Notes: a model not told the origin generated them from the letters alone. DNA of 64,000 nucleotides from Hydrolagus colliei (GCA_035084275.1 CM068761.1:2232001-2296000), one strand, 5' to 3'. Positions 1 to 11,651 are shown, counted from the stretch's first letter. A program made the numbers and translations.

Positions 1-125
1 ATCGGGAGTCGGGAAATCGAGTGAAACGCTTTCGCTTTCCTCAGGTGAGGGAGGTTTCCGCTCCTGAAGCTGTTCGTATCGTCGAATTGGATTGACTCGA
101 GATCGGAGCTCGTTTCGAAACTGCC
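1..125. promoter_or_regulatory. CpG-rich segment (edge of an island) with an IRF-E/ISRE-like motif and a candidate 5' splice site
   Basis: Many CpGs in 1-120. GCTTTCGCTTTC at 28-39 is the reverse complement of GAAAGCGAAAGC (IRF-E consensus). CAG|GTGAGG at 42-50. Truncated by the window edge. Confidence 0.4.
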
Positions 126-170
126 TCTGTACTCTCTCTGTAATACTGAATGGTAACGCTTGCTTTTGAT

Positions 171-310
171 ATAATAAATAATAATAATAATAAACCTTTT
201 CTGGACGTCTCAAAGCGCTTCACAGAATATACTGTAAAGTGAATTGACTCTATATTTGTAGACAAAACACGGCAGCCAATTGCACACTACAAACAGTCGA
301 GGATTGAAAT
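171..310 (-). mobile_element. tRNA-derived SINE, 5'-truncated
   Basis: (TAA)n tail, then GACGTCTCAAAGCGCTTCACAGAATATACTGTAAAGTGAATTGAC...GGCAGCCAATTG, matching the other copies in the window. Confidence 0.9.
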
Positions 311-456
311 GTGGGGGACGCCGCTGTACGCAATTGGCTGCCGCATTTCACCCACAAATATACAGTCAATTCAGTTTACAGTATATTCTGTGAAGTGCTT
401 TGAGACATCCAGAAGCGCTGTGAAAAGTGCTGTGTTAAATGCAAGGCTTATTATTT
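311..456 (+). mobile_element. tRNA-derived SINE, 5'-truncated
   Basis: GTGGGGGACG...CAATTGGCTGCCGC...CACAAATATACAGTCAATTC...TGTGAAGTGCTTTGAGAC...TGCAAGGCTTATTATT. Confidence 0.9.
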
Positions 457-574
457 AGATTATGCAGAGAAAGAAAGTTGATGATCTCAGTGGCATTGCA
501 GGTCTACGCCCTACGTTGCTTCTCCGTTGAAGCCATCTGTCCTTGTGCTGTTTCCCTATACCATCCAATCACTT

Positions 575-912
575 CCTTCACATGTGGCTATCTAATTTCC
601 TTTTCCATGTCCCTAGCGTTGCGGTTTCAACAGCCACCACTGGCAATTAATTCCACACTCTGTGAATCCTACGGGAGACTCTCTCTTTTTATCTTGAACG
701 TCTCTATCGTATCACCTCTTAAACCTCTCTGCTCCAAAGGAAAGAATCCTGATGTCTCCAACTTAACCTCTCCCCCACTCAAGTGTATATGCTTTGGTAT
801 CATCCTGGTGAATCTGCCTTCAACCCTCTCCGTTGCCCCAATATCGTTTGCTGCAGTGCAGCATGCAAAACTGCACACACTATCTCAACTGTGTCCTAAT
901 CAAAGTTACCAG
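575..912 (-). mobile_element. CR1-type LINE fragment (ORF2 C-terminus/3' region), degenerate
   Basis: ATCCTGGTGAATCTGCCTTCAACCCTCTCC and AACTGCACACACTATCTCAACTGTGTCCTAATCAAAG are typical antisense CR1 ORF2 motifs. ORF 669..878 reads ERVEGRFTRMIP, like the CR1 LERVQRRFTRMIP motif. Confidence 0.8.
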
Positions 913-932
913 GGGATCCGAACAGGCAGATA

Positions 933-1257
933 GGAGTCCTGTAGCTCAGTGGTTAGTGGTTAGAGCACTCGCCTTACAAGCGAGAGTCATGGGTTCGAAT
1001 TCCCAGCCAGGACAAAGCATTAGACAAGTTTCCTTACTCCACACATGCCTGATAATAATTTGTTTAAAAAAGAACAATAATAATTTGGTCACTTCAATTC
1101 ACGACTGTTTGTGGGATACTGCTGTGCACAATTGGCTGCTGCCCACAAATATACAGTCAATTTACTTTATACTGTAGTATATTCTGTGAAGCTCTTTGAG
1201 ATGTCTGGAAGATGTGAAACTCGCTATATCAAATGTAAGGATTGTTATTGATATTAT
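933..1257 (+). mobile_element. tRNA-derived SINE, full length
   Basis: Pol III A box TAGCTCAGTGG and B box GGTTCGAATTCC. Anticodon arm CTCGC-CTTACAA-GCGAG. Shared body and (ATT)n tail. Confidence 0.93.
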
Positions 1258-1605
1258 AGGATGGCTCCTTACTTTTAATAATTTGTGCAATAATCCAACT
1301 TGTTTTTTTTAGCAGTTGCTGGTATTGAGTTGCTGAATGTATGATTGAATGGGGTTCTAAATTGGCTATTTTTATCTGCGAGTTACACAGATTCTGATGA
1401 AGGCAGCCTGCGCGCTGCATGGTGAAAATCTATATTTGTTTGTGATGACTGAGCTGTATTTTATTTTCGTCGGAAAATTTCTTAATTAATTAGCTTCCAG
1501 CAGTTCAGCAGTCTACTTCGTTTTGTATGCTATCTGTTTTGTATTGAAAACTCTTCCTGACACATCATGTGTCTTTCCCACAGCTTACTGCGATTTTGTG
1601 GGACC

Positions 1606-1765
1606 ATAATAATAATCCTTGCAATTGATGTAGCTTCTTATCGGGTTTGTCGAAGACTTCTCAAAGTGCTTCACAGAATATACTGTGAAGCAGATTGACT
1701 GTAAGCGCTCTGAGACGCCATCCGAATCAAAGTTGTTGTTGTTGTTGTACATTTTGCGGGCAAAC
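1606..1765 (-). mobile_element. SINE 3' fragment carrying an antisense L2-tail insertion (1704-1745)
   Basis: The SINE tail is interrupted at GACTGTA by AGCGCTCTGAGACGCCATCCG...(GTT)n and resumes TGTACATTTTGCGGGC. Confidence 0.8.
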
Positions 1766-3218
1766 ATACTGAAGTGCCAGGGCATGCTGCAAATGCTCCC
1801 TTTTTCGAATGAAATGTAACTTCTGGTCTGAATTTATCCGATGCCTTCAAAATGCCTACAGCACCGCAGCGGCGGTGAAGGACAGACAGAATTGTGAAGA
1901 CAATTCCTATATCATACATAACGATGGCTCTCGAGTGAATCGGAGACAGGCGCACCGTCTCCGGGGAGCTTCACTCATATGATTTACGATGTCGTCTAAA
2001 ATCTTTCGATTGGATTTACTGCCTTGCAGTTTACTGATATGTATGCATTATTCTACATACGGTATATATACAGTACATATAATTTAAACATAATACCTTT
2101 TTGTTTTACCCCTTCCCTTCCACTTGATTTATCTGCCCAGGCAACTGTTTGTGGGTGTTTTTTTTTAGGGAGTAGAGAGGTGGTCGCGAAATCTGCCGGT
2201 GTTGGCGTTGATGTCACTCTGACTGCTTGAGAGGAGGGTATTATTTCAGCATCAATGAGTTGATGTCGCAGGTTTAAACCTCCATCTCCCGGTAGATGTG
2301 TCTTAGCGTGCCTCGACATCCAGGAACTCGGTTGGATTTTTTTTTTTGCAAATAAAATCTTCTGGTAATCCTTTAAATGGAACTGAGTTTATTTTGGAAT
2401 TCAGCTATTAGCAGTATAATTGAATATTAGAACATAAGTGGCATATCTAGTGTGCACTCGTGGAGCGAAGCGTGGTTGCAACTGTAAAGGTTATTTTATA
2501 CAACAACGTGATTAACCTAAATCCTGTATTAGCCTACTTGATCAAAGTGTGCTACAAAGCAATGCTTTATAAATTGGGCCAAGCACCTGGAACCCTTAGA
2601 TAATCCTTAGTGTGTGACTGGTTTCCATAGACCTTATATCCACTGAATCTTTATAAATGACAAGTGTTTTAGGCTCTTATGTTATCTCTGATTTGTGTCA
2701 TTCTCTCGCTACCTAATTAGCGTCAAGAGATCAGCTATTCTCTGTTGTCAGTTGCAGCAGAGTTTTACAGATAAGATTACTGATGTTTTTCCCCCCCATT
2801 CCGGCTTTTTTTTTAAGAACCTTAGTTCAAAGCTCCGGGAATTGTCTCTGTTCCGCTTGAGGGAACTTTTTTTTAATTTAAAAAATCTTTGCTTTTCTTC
2901 TAAAGCCCCGGAGGGAGGGAGTGTGATGTGCACTTTTCACTTAGTACAATTTAATGTATTCCTTTTTACAGGTAGGCATTGCTTTTAGTTCAACTTTAAT
3001 TTTGAGTTTCATTTGAATTGTGGTTGAACTTGATTTGAATTTCAGTTGAAATTTGGGTCCTATTTTTGCCTTGTGGTTTAAGTGGACATTAAGGGACTTT
3101 TCTCCATAAATCTCTCCCTGTTATGTACATATGTATGTGGTGGGTGGGAGCTGTATGAAATTTGTTGCAAGACACGTATGCAATTTGTGTGGGAGAGGTT
3201 CACCTCTAAGTTAAGTAG

Positions 3219-3327
3219 TAATAATAATAATACTCCTTGCATTTGATATAGCACCTTATCACATGTTCGAGGCATCTCAAGAAGATTCACAGAATACTCT
3301 GTAAATTGAATTGGCTGAGTATTTTGC
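3219..3327 (-). mobile_element. SINE 3' tail fragment
   Basis: (TAA)n CCTTGCATTTGATATAGCACC...TTCACAGAATACTCTGTAAATTGAATTGGCTG. Confidence 0.8.
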
Positions 3328-3459
3328 AAAATAATACAAGATATATATATATATCCTGTATATAAATACAATATATCCTGGATATATACACCTGCATTAG
3401 GTGAGCTCTGTATTTGGAACTGGAATGTCGTCAATTGAAATTATCTGTATTATCTTTCA

Positions 3460-3990
3460 ATGAGGTGGGGGGGCATGGGAAGATGGTTGAAAGCGCAGTC
3501 AAAGAAGAAGATCCTGAAGTGGATCTTCAAATAGGGGAGAGAAGAGGTGAGTGTAAAGGGACTTCAGGAAGAGGTCCAGAGATAAGGGAAACTTACGCTG
3601 AAAGCCTTGTTCAGAACAGGAATGGTCCGAGAATCAAAGGTGGAGACAGCGAGGTAGTGTTGGGTGTCACCCCCATACATGTGTTTGTGGAAACTAACCT
3701 CATGTCTGCTGATTACATCGTTGAGTGGAAGTAGGTAGAAATTAAACAAGGAGGGAACCAAACAGAGCTCTGAAGAACGTTGCATTTGATGGTACATGAG
3801 TGGGAGGACAAGCCATTCGGAGATACAAAGTGGAAAGTTTAGGATAGTGAATCCGGGAGAGGACGGGAACTAGGAAGATGGAGCAGAGAGGAGGTGCTGA
3901 AGAAGGACACTATGATCGGAAGGCGGCAGAGAGATCAAGAAGAATGAGGAGGCAGAGAGAGTCCTAATCACAGAGAGGGAGGACATCATT
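3460..3990 (-). mobile_element. Old L2-type LINE 3' fragment
   Basis: Purine-rich tract resembling the antisense L2 copies at 9824 and 51281 (GCAGTCAAAGAAGAAGATC...GAGGTCCAGAG). Confidence 0.6.
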
Positions 3991-3994
3991 GGTG

Positions 3995-4080
3995 GTCTCA
4001 CCAGTTTAACATCTCATCCAAAAGATGACAATGCAGTACTGTATTAGTGTCTGTCGACATGAGTTCAAAGTCCAGGTATG
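3995..4080 (-). mobile_element. Deu-domain SINE relic (AmnSINE1/SacSINE1-like)
   Basis: AGTTTAACATCTCATCCAAAAGATGACAATGCAGTACTG resembles the antisense Deu domain as I recall it (GGTTTAACGTCTCATCCGAAAGAC...ACAGTGCAGCAC). Confidence 0.6.
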
Positions 4081-4636
4081 GGTCTTCCAATTGAGCTAGG
4101 CAGACACACTAAAATATATATATATATATATATCATTTCAATTCGGGATCAGGTGGTCTTAAATTGTGTGATTTGCAAACGGGTTTGGTTTCGTTAATTG
4201 GAATTTGCATTGTTCTAGTAAATCCCAGAACAAAGTCTGAAAAGGTCAGTCGCGCAAAGTAACAGGCTTTGTTGATTCGGGATTGGCACTTTGCTGGCCG
4301 TAAATTGTGCAAGCCGAGAAGTCACAACCAAAGATCCAATTAACTGCAACGGTAAATTGCCAAATTTTGCAAATTGGACTTCAGTGTCTGTGAGAACTGT
4401 CACAATTACTGTGAGTATCTCAACGATGCTAATATGTGTACAGATAAAAGTTCAAATGTGATTGAATGCATTATCATTATGGCTCAATTGGATTGTTCTC
4501 CACTCGTAGGGTTTTGTGTGAGAGGACAGTTGTGCTTGTGTTCAACTCAGCATGTAGAGCCAGTTAGGCACACAGTCCAGATTCAAGCCCTGTATTGTAT
4601 TACAGATAACAGGAGCTAATCCCGGGTTTAGATGGT

Positions 4637-4786
4637 GTTTGTGGGATACTGCTGGGCGCGATCGGCTGCCGCTTTTCGCCCACAAAACACACTTGTCAAT
4701 TCACTTTACAGTATATTCTGTGAAGCGCTTTGAAACATTGATAAGATGTGAAAAGCGCTATATCAAATGTAAGGATTATTATTATA
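4637..4786 (+). mobile_element. tRNA-derived SINE, 5'-truncated
   Basis: GTTTGTGGGATACTGCTG...TGTGAAGCGCTTTGAAAC...AGCGCTATATCAAATGTAAGGATTATTATT. Confidence 0.9.
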
Positions 4787-6163
4787 AATGAGATTACTTC
4801 CTAATATTGACTCTAGGTATCCAATACTGTTACGTCATTCTCAGGAAATAAAGAATGTTATTAGAACTTGACTATAGAATATAACACCCTCTGATGGGTA
4901 CTATAATTTGTTTTTAAAATGCCTGGTGTAGTTGTTTTCCCATAAGGGTTCAGACAGAATTGTTTGGTTTAAACTGTTGGTAATTGTAATGAGCTGGTCA
5001 GATTGTTTGCATTACTGGTTTCATTTACAGAGGGTTGCATGAGAATTGAGCTCTAGCATCTGGAAACATACTTGTTTTCTTTTTTGTTCAAAATTAATTA
5101 TAAAACAATGCAAAGATCTACAGGAATGTGCTAAATTCACAAGCATTCCTTAGCATGTTATTGGCATTATGAGCATTTTCCCAATGTTTAGATGTCTCTG
5201 CATTGAAAGACTGCTCCAAAAATCTTGTGGTCCTTTGGTTAATTATCACTCCCACCCCTATTGTTCCTCTAAATCAAGAGTTCTCTCTCTCCCTTTCTCT
5301 CTGCAAATGTCTTTGAGATTACCTTATGTGAAAAGCAAATGATAAGATATTGTAATTTTTTATTTGAGTTGGGGTAATTTACGTATAAAATATAATATTA
5401 TAGTTTGCAGTTCTTCACAATGAAGCTTTATGTGTAACTGCGTGTGAGCCTTGGTTTTGTTAATTGCTGAAACTTGAAGGTTCTCATTTTACAAGCTCGG
5501 ATTTTCCTACATAATTAGAATACGAAATGGAGTAAAACTGCATTTAATCTGATTGTTATGGTTAAAACATTTAGCAAAGGCTAATACAAATATATGGTAC
5601 AAGAATGGATTACAATATGATATTGTTCTGCATTTATAAAATATATGGTAATACTATTCCTGTCGACCAGCAGGAAACTTTTGAGAGCTTTGCTATATTG
5701 AAATGGACAGGTTATTATACTAATATGTTAATACTAGCTCCTCGTATTCACCACATAAGAAGATGGGTGCAACTGAGGAATGTCCTTCATCCAGATTTGA
5801 ACGTAATCAGTGGAATAATCTACAGATTCTACACATCTGATTGCTCACAATTTCAGGCGATCAGTGAAACAGATAATGGTGTTAGCTGCCTTAAGACTTT
5901 TGAAGGAACACATCCAGAATGCATTTAACGCAGACTATTGCTGTTAAATTCAACTTGTCATGAGTGTGTATTCAAATATTAATGACTGGTCCTTCTGCTT
6001 TGAAGTTTGCTCTCCAATTTAGTGGAATTTCCAGTTTATTAGTTATGTTTTGGTGGCAATAAAATGTAAGCTAATAATGGTAATACAGTATATGCCAGAT
6101 CAATGATATTTCATTGTACTTAAAAGTTCCCGAGTGTTTTAAAAAAACTATAATTATCCTTGT

Positions 6164-6288
6164 ATTTCGCCCACAAATATACAGTCAATTCACTTTACAG
6201 TACAGTATATTCTGTGAAGCGCTTTGAGACGTCTAGATGACGTGAAAAGCGCGATATCAAATGCAAGGCGTATTATTATATTATTATT
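6164..6288 (+). mobile_element. tRNA-derived SINE, 3' fragment
   Basis: TTTCGCCCACAAATATACAGTCAATTCAC...GCGCTTTGAGACGTCTAG...(ATT)n. Confidence 0.9.
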
Positions 6289-6294
6289 GCATTG

Positions 6295-6495
6295 GATGTA
6301 GCACACCTGCATCCCACACCAAACGCCACTGAAATGCTCAAACACAGCTTTGTTAACATCTGACTGGGCTTTTCAGATTACTCCTTACAATCCCCAGTTC
6401 CATCATCGTCAGCTTGCTAACTGCTCCAAACCTGGGTCACTCGCAACCTCACCCACAATAGACTCTGCCTATCATCACTCCAGTCCCTTGCTCGG
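6295..6495 (+). mobile_element. Degenerate L2 ORF2 fragment
   Basis: Residual similarity to the L2 HAFVTSRLDYSN...HITPVL coding stretch (CACAGCTTTGTTAACATCTGACTGGGC...ATCACTCCAGTCCCTTG). Confidence 0.5.
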
Positions 6496-9044
6496 GTACC
6501 TTTCATTTTCTAATAACAAGTGATCGTGTAATCCTTTTTAGTAGTTGTTAATTAATAGCACCTCTAATTCTCCTGTTAATGAGTTTATTGAGATGTGGTT
6601 AGCGCAGCACACAAATTAGACACCATTGGGATCAAAAGCAGGATATTGTAACTTTGGCTAGACAGCCAAAAACCAAATCATATTATCTGGGTTCATTTTT
6701 TTTAATGTAAGTTATTGCTTTAAATATTGTTCGGCTTTATTTTCCAGGCTTTGAGATTATACAAGCATAAACGTATCATTCCATTACTCCTTTAGATTTG
6801 GGTCTGGAATAGATTCCACAATATGTCATGTAAATACAGTATATAGTATGTACGTCTATTACCTCACAGACGCAATGCCAGTAATGAGAGCTTCACATTG
6901 TAACAGATCCTTTTAGTTATTGAATTAAAAAAATCTGTTTTGCCAATTAAAAAGACACCCACACAAATATACCCTAAAGTACTGAGTTCAGTAAAAAACG
7001 CACTGCATTTGTCACTATGGCATACTGTTCCTGTCATTTAACTGTAATAAACCCCTAGTTTGGGTGCAGAGCGTGGAAAAATAGAAGCTGTTGGCTCTTA
7101 ATGTGAGCACTCTGGCAACGTATATGCAACCAATCTGTGGGTACCAAGAGCCAGTGATATTTGTAGTGTGTTTGCGGTTGTAACATTCTCTTGGGGGGGG
7201 AGGGGGGGTTGGAATTACTGTTTAAATCACCCAACATTTGTCGTCATGGCTACTGTCTGTGTATGCCCCACCATCCCGAAGTGGATTGGAATTTTGCCAC
7301 TGTTTATTCTCCATTTAATGCCCGTCAAATGAGACCAAGTGATATTCTCACCTCTCTGCAAAGTGAACAATAAATTGTGTGAACGCAGAATCAATATCTA
7401 ACTGTAGTTAGCGTGCTCTGTCTTGTGATGCCTTTGAAACGACAATCTTGTAGGAGACAAAGCACTCCACCAGCGATGATGCTGCATCAAGGAGATTCTT
7501 GTGTGATTCCATCATGTGAAAGGCTTGCCACACACAATCGGGTGTGATATGCAATCTCAAAGTGATGAACCAGTAGGTCAAACCACCTTTTCATTTCCCC
7601 GACGTTTCTTATATCCCATTTATGTGTGGTTTCACCCACTAGAAATGCTGCGAAATGCCTATTTTATTCACCTGATTGCGTTTGGACTCTGTATAGCAAT
7701 CTCTGATTAACAAGGCCTCAGTCTCCCTGTTAATTTGAATGAAGAAAACAATAGTTTGGGAATTGGGTTTAGTTTTAACCCAATATTTTACTAATTTATG
7801 CGTAGATCTTTCTCAACAAAAAAAGTAACAAGACTCTTTCACCTGGGCAGCTTTTCACCTACAGGGGCATTGCCAAAGAGATATTTATTTCTCGCTCTGT
7901 CAAACAATAGAAAATATATAAAACACAAATACTGTTGCATATTCCCATCTACCAGGAATTAAGAGAGAATGACGATCTAGTATCATTATTGTTTCTCGAT
8001 GTATTGTATTTAGCAATGATTGTATTTTTGTGAGTATGTTTCTTGTATATGGCAAAACTGAAACCCTGTCGCCATGTGCCTTATCAGCCGGCCTACCATA
8101 AAGACTCTCTTCTGCAATCAAAAAGGCAAAGACAACAATGTGAGTCTCTGCAATGGTCTGTTAAATTGAGTTACAAATGTGAAACTCTCGGCACTAAGAA
8201 TAATTCTGCTGAAGGATGCTTAGTTTGTTTTTGAATTACTATTAATAGGCCACTTTAATTGTCTGAGAACCTCTTTACATGAAGATATTTCTTGAAATCA
8301 CCTCGAGGCTTGACATTTCTTTAAAAAATAATGCGGGTGGCTCTGACAGATTGTAGCTCTGATACAGTATATTGCAGTGTCTTAATTAGATCACCATAGA
8401 TTTCCTTTCAAAGCAACAATATTTCAGAAATGTAAACACTATTAATGTGCACAATTTTAACAGTATGTGAGTGCTGCAAAATCATCCACAATGCAGTCCA
8501 CTTGTGGATTCTGTTGCATAGAATATGTATGATTGAGTAATGTCACTATATGGGCTATTTTGGACCACTCTGCTTTCATCTATTTTGTTTTGTCTACTGT
8601 AATGAAAGATCCAATATTCCCTAATCCTAACAATGTGCTCACTGGTTTCGGGTCAAATTTATAATCTTCAAAGTCATACAAACTAGCAATTAATCTCTGT
8701 TCATTGATCTTGATGCAAAGTAAGATCCTTCTGAGAAGCGATTGCTGCAGCAAAATCAAACTCTGTAGCAAAAACACATAGAATAAAAATTATCGAAATC
8801 TGGAAAGCTTACAAATATAATGTTTCTACATAATTCAAAAAAAACTCAGAAGTTTGGCATACATACAACATGAGGCAATGTAACGTTATTAGTGAGTTCT
8901 CTTGGTAAATTTTTCAGAGATTATAATAAACTCTCAATCTGAAATTTTGCAATCTCATGTAAAGATCACCAGTCTGTAAATCCCTTCATGCTCTAGTACC
9001 TCCTCTGATCTACCCCTCCATCATTAGTACTTAGAATTAATTCT

Positions 9045-9175
9045 ACCGGGGAAGCAAAGGTATTAAGCCATACGGAGAAAAGGTGGGGAGATGAGATCAG
9101 AAGCTTTTCCATAAATAATAAGTTGGTGAATCAGACTCGATGGACAGAATGTTCTGCATCTATTCTTCTGTTCTA
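9045..9175 (+). mobile_element. CR1-type 3' tail relic
   Basis: GGTATTAAGCCATACGGAGAAAAGGTGGG...CAGACTCGATGGACAGAATG...TTCTTCTGTTCTAT resembles a CR1 3' UTR end. Confidence 0.55.
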
Positions 9176-9823
9176 TTTATTGGAAAGAGGAAAACAAGAG
9201 GAAATATTGTAACTTTAAAACAAAGTATCATTTCAAATGTATTAAACTTGTACTAAAAAAGAGTGGAAAGGGAGAAGGTAGCCAAAATAACAAAACTAAC
9301 AGAATTATATTTGTGTAGTGCCTGTAGTGCCGTGGGAAGCACATCCCAAGGCACCGAAAATAGTCTCAACTCCACAGAGAGGTAAATAATTGAGTGAACT
9401 TTACCGAAGGATTCCTTTATTTTGAAGCCTCTACTGCTTTCAAAACTCTTTAATGAAGGGAAGAGGAAGAGCGAAACCGACAGCTGGAAATTTTTTATCA
9501 ATCCAAGTAACAACAGATCCCAATGTAGCTTGGCCAGAGTCCAGATTGCAATCAATAAGACTAATAGTGAAGGGAAATGTTGTGGACTCGTATCTGCTCA
9601 GAGCTAAAGTAATACTGTCCAAACTTATTTAGAATACAAACATGTTCAGCCATTGGAGAGAAAGTAGAGTGTAAAATGTTCTCTGCTGAGGTTAACTTGA
9701 GTCTTTAAGGTAAAAGGACACCCTGTGTCACACAGTCAACTTGTGATTACTAGTTGATTTACACTTCTTTTTTTAGCAGGTAACTAAATAGCTAAAACTA
9801 TTATTGAAAGAGGCAGATCATTA

Positions 9824-10385
9824 AACAACAACAAGAGCAACTTTGATATAGCGCCCTCCATGCCGGACGGCGTCTCAGAGCGCTTCACAGTAGCGGATCC
9901 CGGGACCGAGCCAGGGGGCAGGGGTAGGAAGGTGACCAAAGGTGCGGTCAAAGAGAAAGGTATTTAGCTGTGATCTGAAACAGGGAAAAGAGGGGGCGAG
10001 GCGAAGGGAGTGAGGAAGGGAGTTCCAGAGCCTCGGGGCTTAGTGGCTGAAGGAATGGCCGCCGAGGGTGGAGTGGAGGATTCGGGGCGGATATGGAGGA
10101 GGCCAGACCCGGTGTAGCGAAGGCAGCGGGTGCTGGTTCTAGGAGAGAGGAGATCAGAAAATTAGGGGGGTGCAGAGGAGTGTGGGGTTTGAAAACTAGG
10201 GTGAGAATCTTAAAGTCGATCCTCTCAGGGACAGGGAGCCAGTGAAGTCTGGCAAGGACTGGGGTAATGGGGGAGTGAAGTTTGGTGCGGGTGAGTATGC
10301 TGACGGCAGAGTTTTGAATCAGCTAGATTTTGTGGATTGTGGTGGAGGGAAGACCGGCGAGGAGGGTGTTGCAATAGTCCAGCTT
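9824..10385 (-). mobile_element. L2 LINE 3' end (ORF2 C-terminus + 3' UTR), 5'-truncated
   Basis: The minus strand translates KLDYCNTLLAGLP...IQNSAVSILTR...PITPVLARLHWLPVPERIDFKILTLVFK with a stop and frameshift. Tail TGTGAAGCGCTCTGAGACGCCGTCCGGCATGGAGGGCGCTATAT...(GTT)n. Confidence 0.92.
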
Positions 10386-11651
10386 CTAAATGGTTAAACG
10401 AAGGAAGTAAAGTTTAAAAATATCACCACAGTAGGTTAAACGTTTTTTTTTAATTGCCAATTCTATTTGAAGTCAATAGCAGTCATTATGTTGTGATTAA
10501 GTATAGTAAAATAATGTGCCTTTCTCGATATCTGCAATCCTCATTTCAACTAAAATAGTGGGAGTACAAGTTTTGGTTACAATTAGTTAAAACTTTTTAT
10601 CCTTGAATGAATATATTGGAGACAAACAAGATTTTAGTTATGATCTCGGAAGACAGAACCCAAGGTAGACTGATTTGACTGTGAATGTAATGACAGAATA
10701 GACCATCGATCAAATTAGAACGAAACATTACACTGGATTGTTAATCCAAACAGATAACATTGAAGAAGACAATCGTGTTTATTCTAAGAGAAATTGAATC
10801 AACCGACTGATGATCACTTGACGTGTGAAACGTGTGATTTTTCTGTAAACCAAACGTGACTTAAAGCAGTTACTAATCATTTTGTAACCACAAATATTGG
10901 AACTTATTGGATGATAGAACTTGTACTACTACAGATGCTCTCACATTCTCTATTGTGATGTGTAGATATGGTACGTTATTCAATTATAAGCACACACTGA
11001 AAGATTTGTCACATGATGAAGAATGATGTATGACTTTGAAATATTATCTTACCGTGCTGAGAGATACAAATGATGATTTAATTCCACTGTACCCTGCAAT
11101 CCACATTTCTATCTCTCTCATTCAGTGCTTGAACCTCAGATATAAATTTTGGGAGTCGTAGGATTTGCAAATCAAGGAGTTGATGACTTTCCATCTTTAG
11201 GTTCAATTACGATTGCTATGAACACAAATCAAAATAGCAATAAAATTCAACTATGACCATGTCATTTAAATGGGGGTGAGAAAGAAGGGCAGAAATCATG
11301 ATACTTATCCTTTTGAACCATAAACGTCAGCATGCAGAAGCATCACTCAATACTTGCTGGCGTACTCCATGTAGTATTGGCAAGGGAATTCTGTGACTTT
11401 ACCATTCAGAATGTGCCAGGTAAAGCGATCTCTGGCTATTATGCTTGGCTAAATCACTTGTAACGCTTCCAAACCTGTACAGCAACCCCACCTACAGGAT
11501 ACCAGTGTAATTCTGAGAAATTCTCCCAACACGCACAATCAACAAGTCAATGAGTTTAATTTAAACTATTTTGAACCTCCTGTTGAATGAGGCACATCAC
11601 CAAGTGGATCCCCTATATAGCAGAGTTCTGTCACACGTCAAACATATACAG

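Noticed and set aside
1395-1430. Hammerhead-like CTGATGA...GAAA
   Set aside because: Stem II is not adjacent to the core, and there are no stems I or III.
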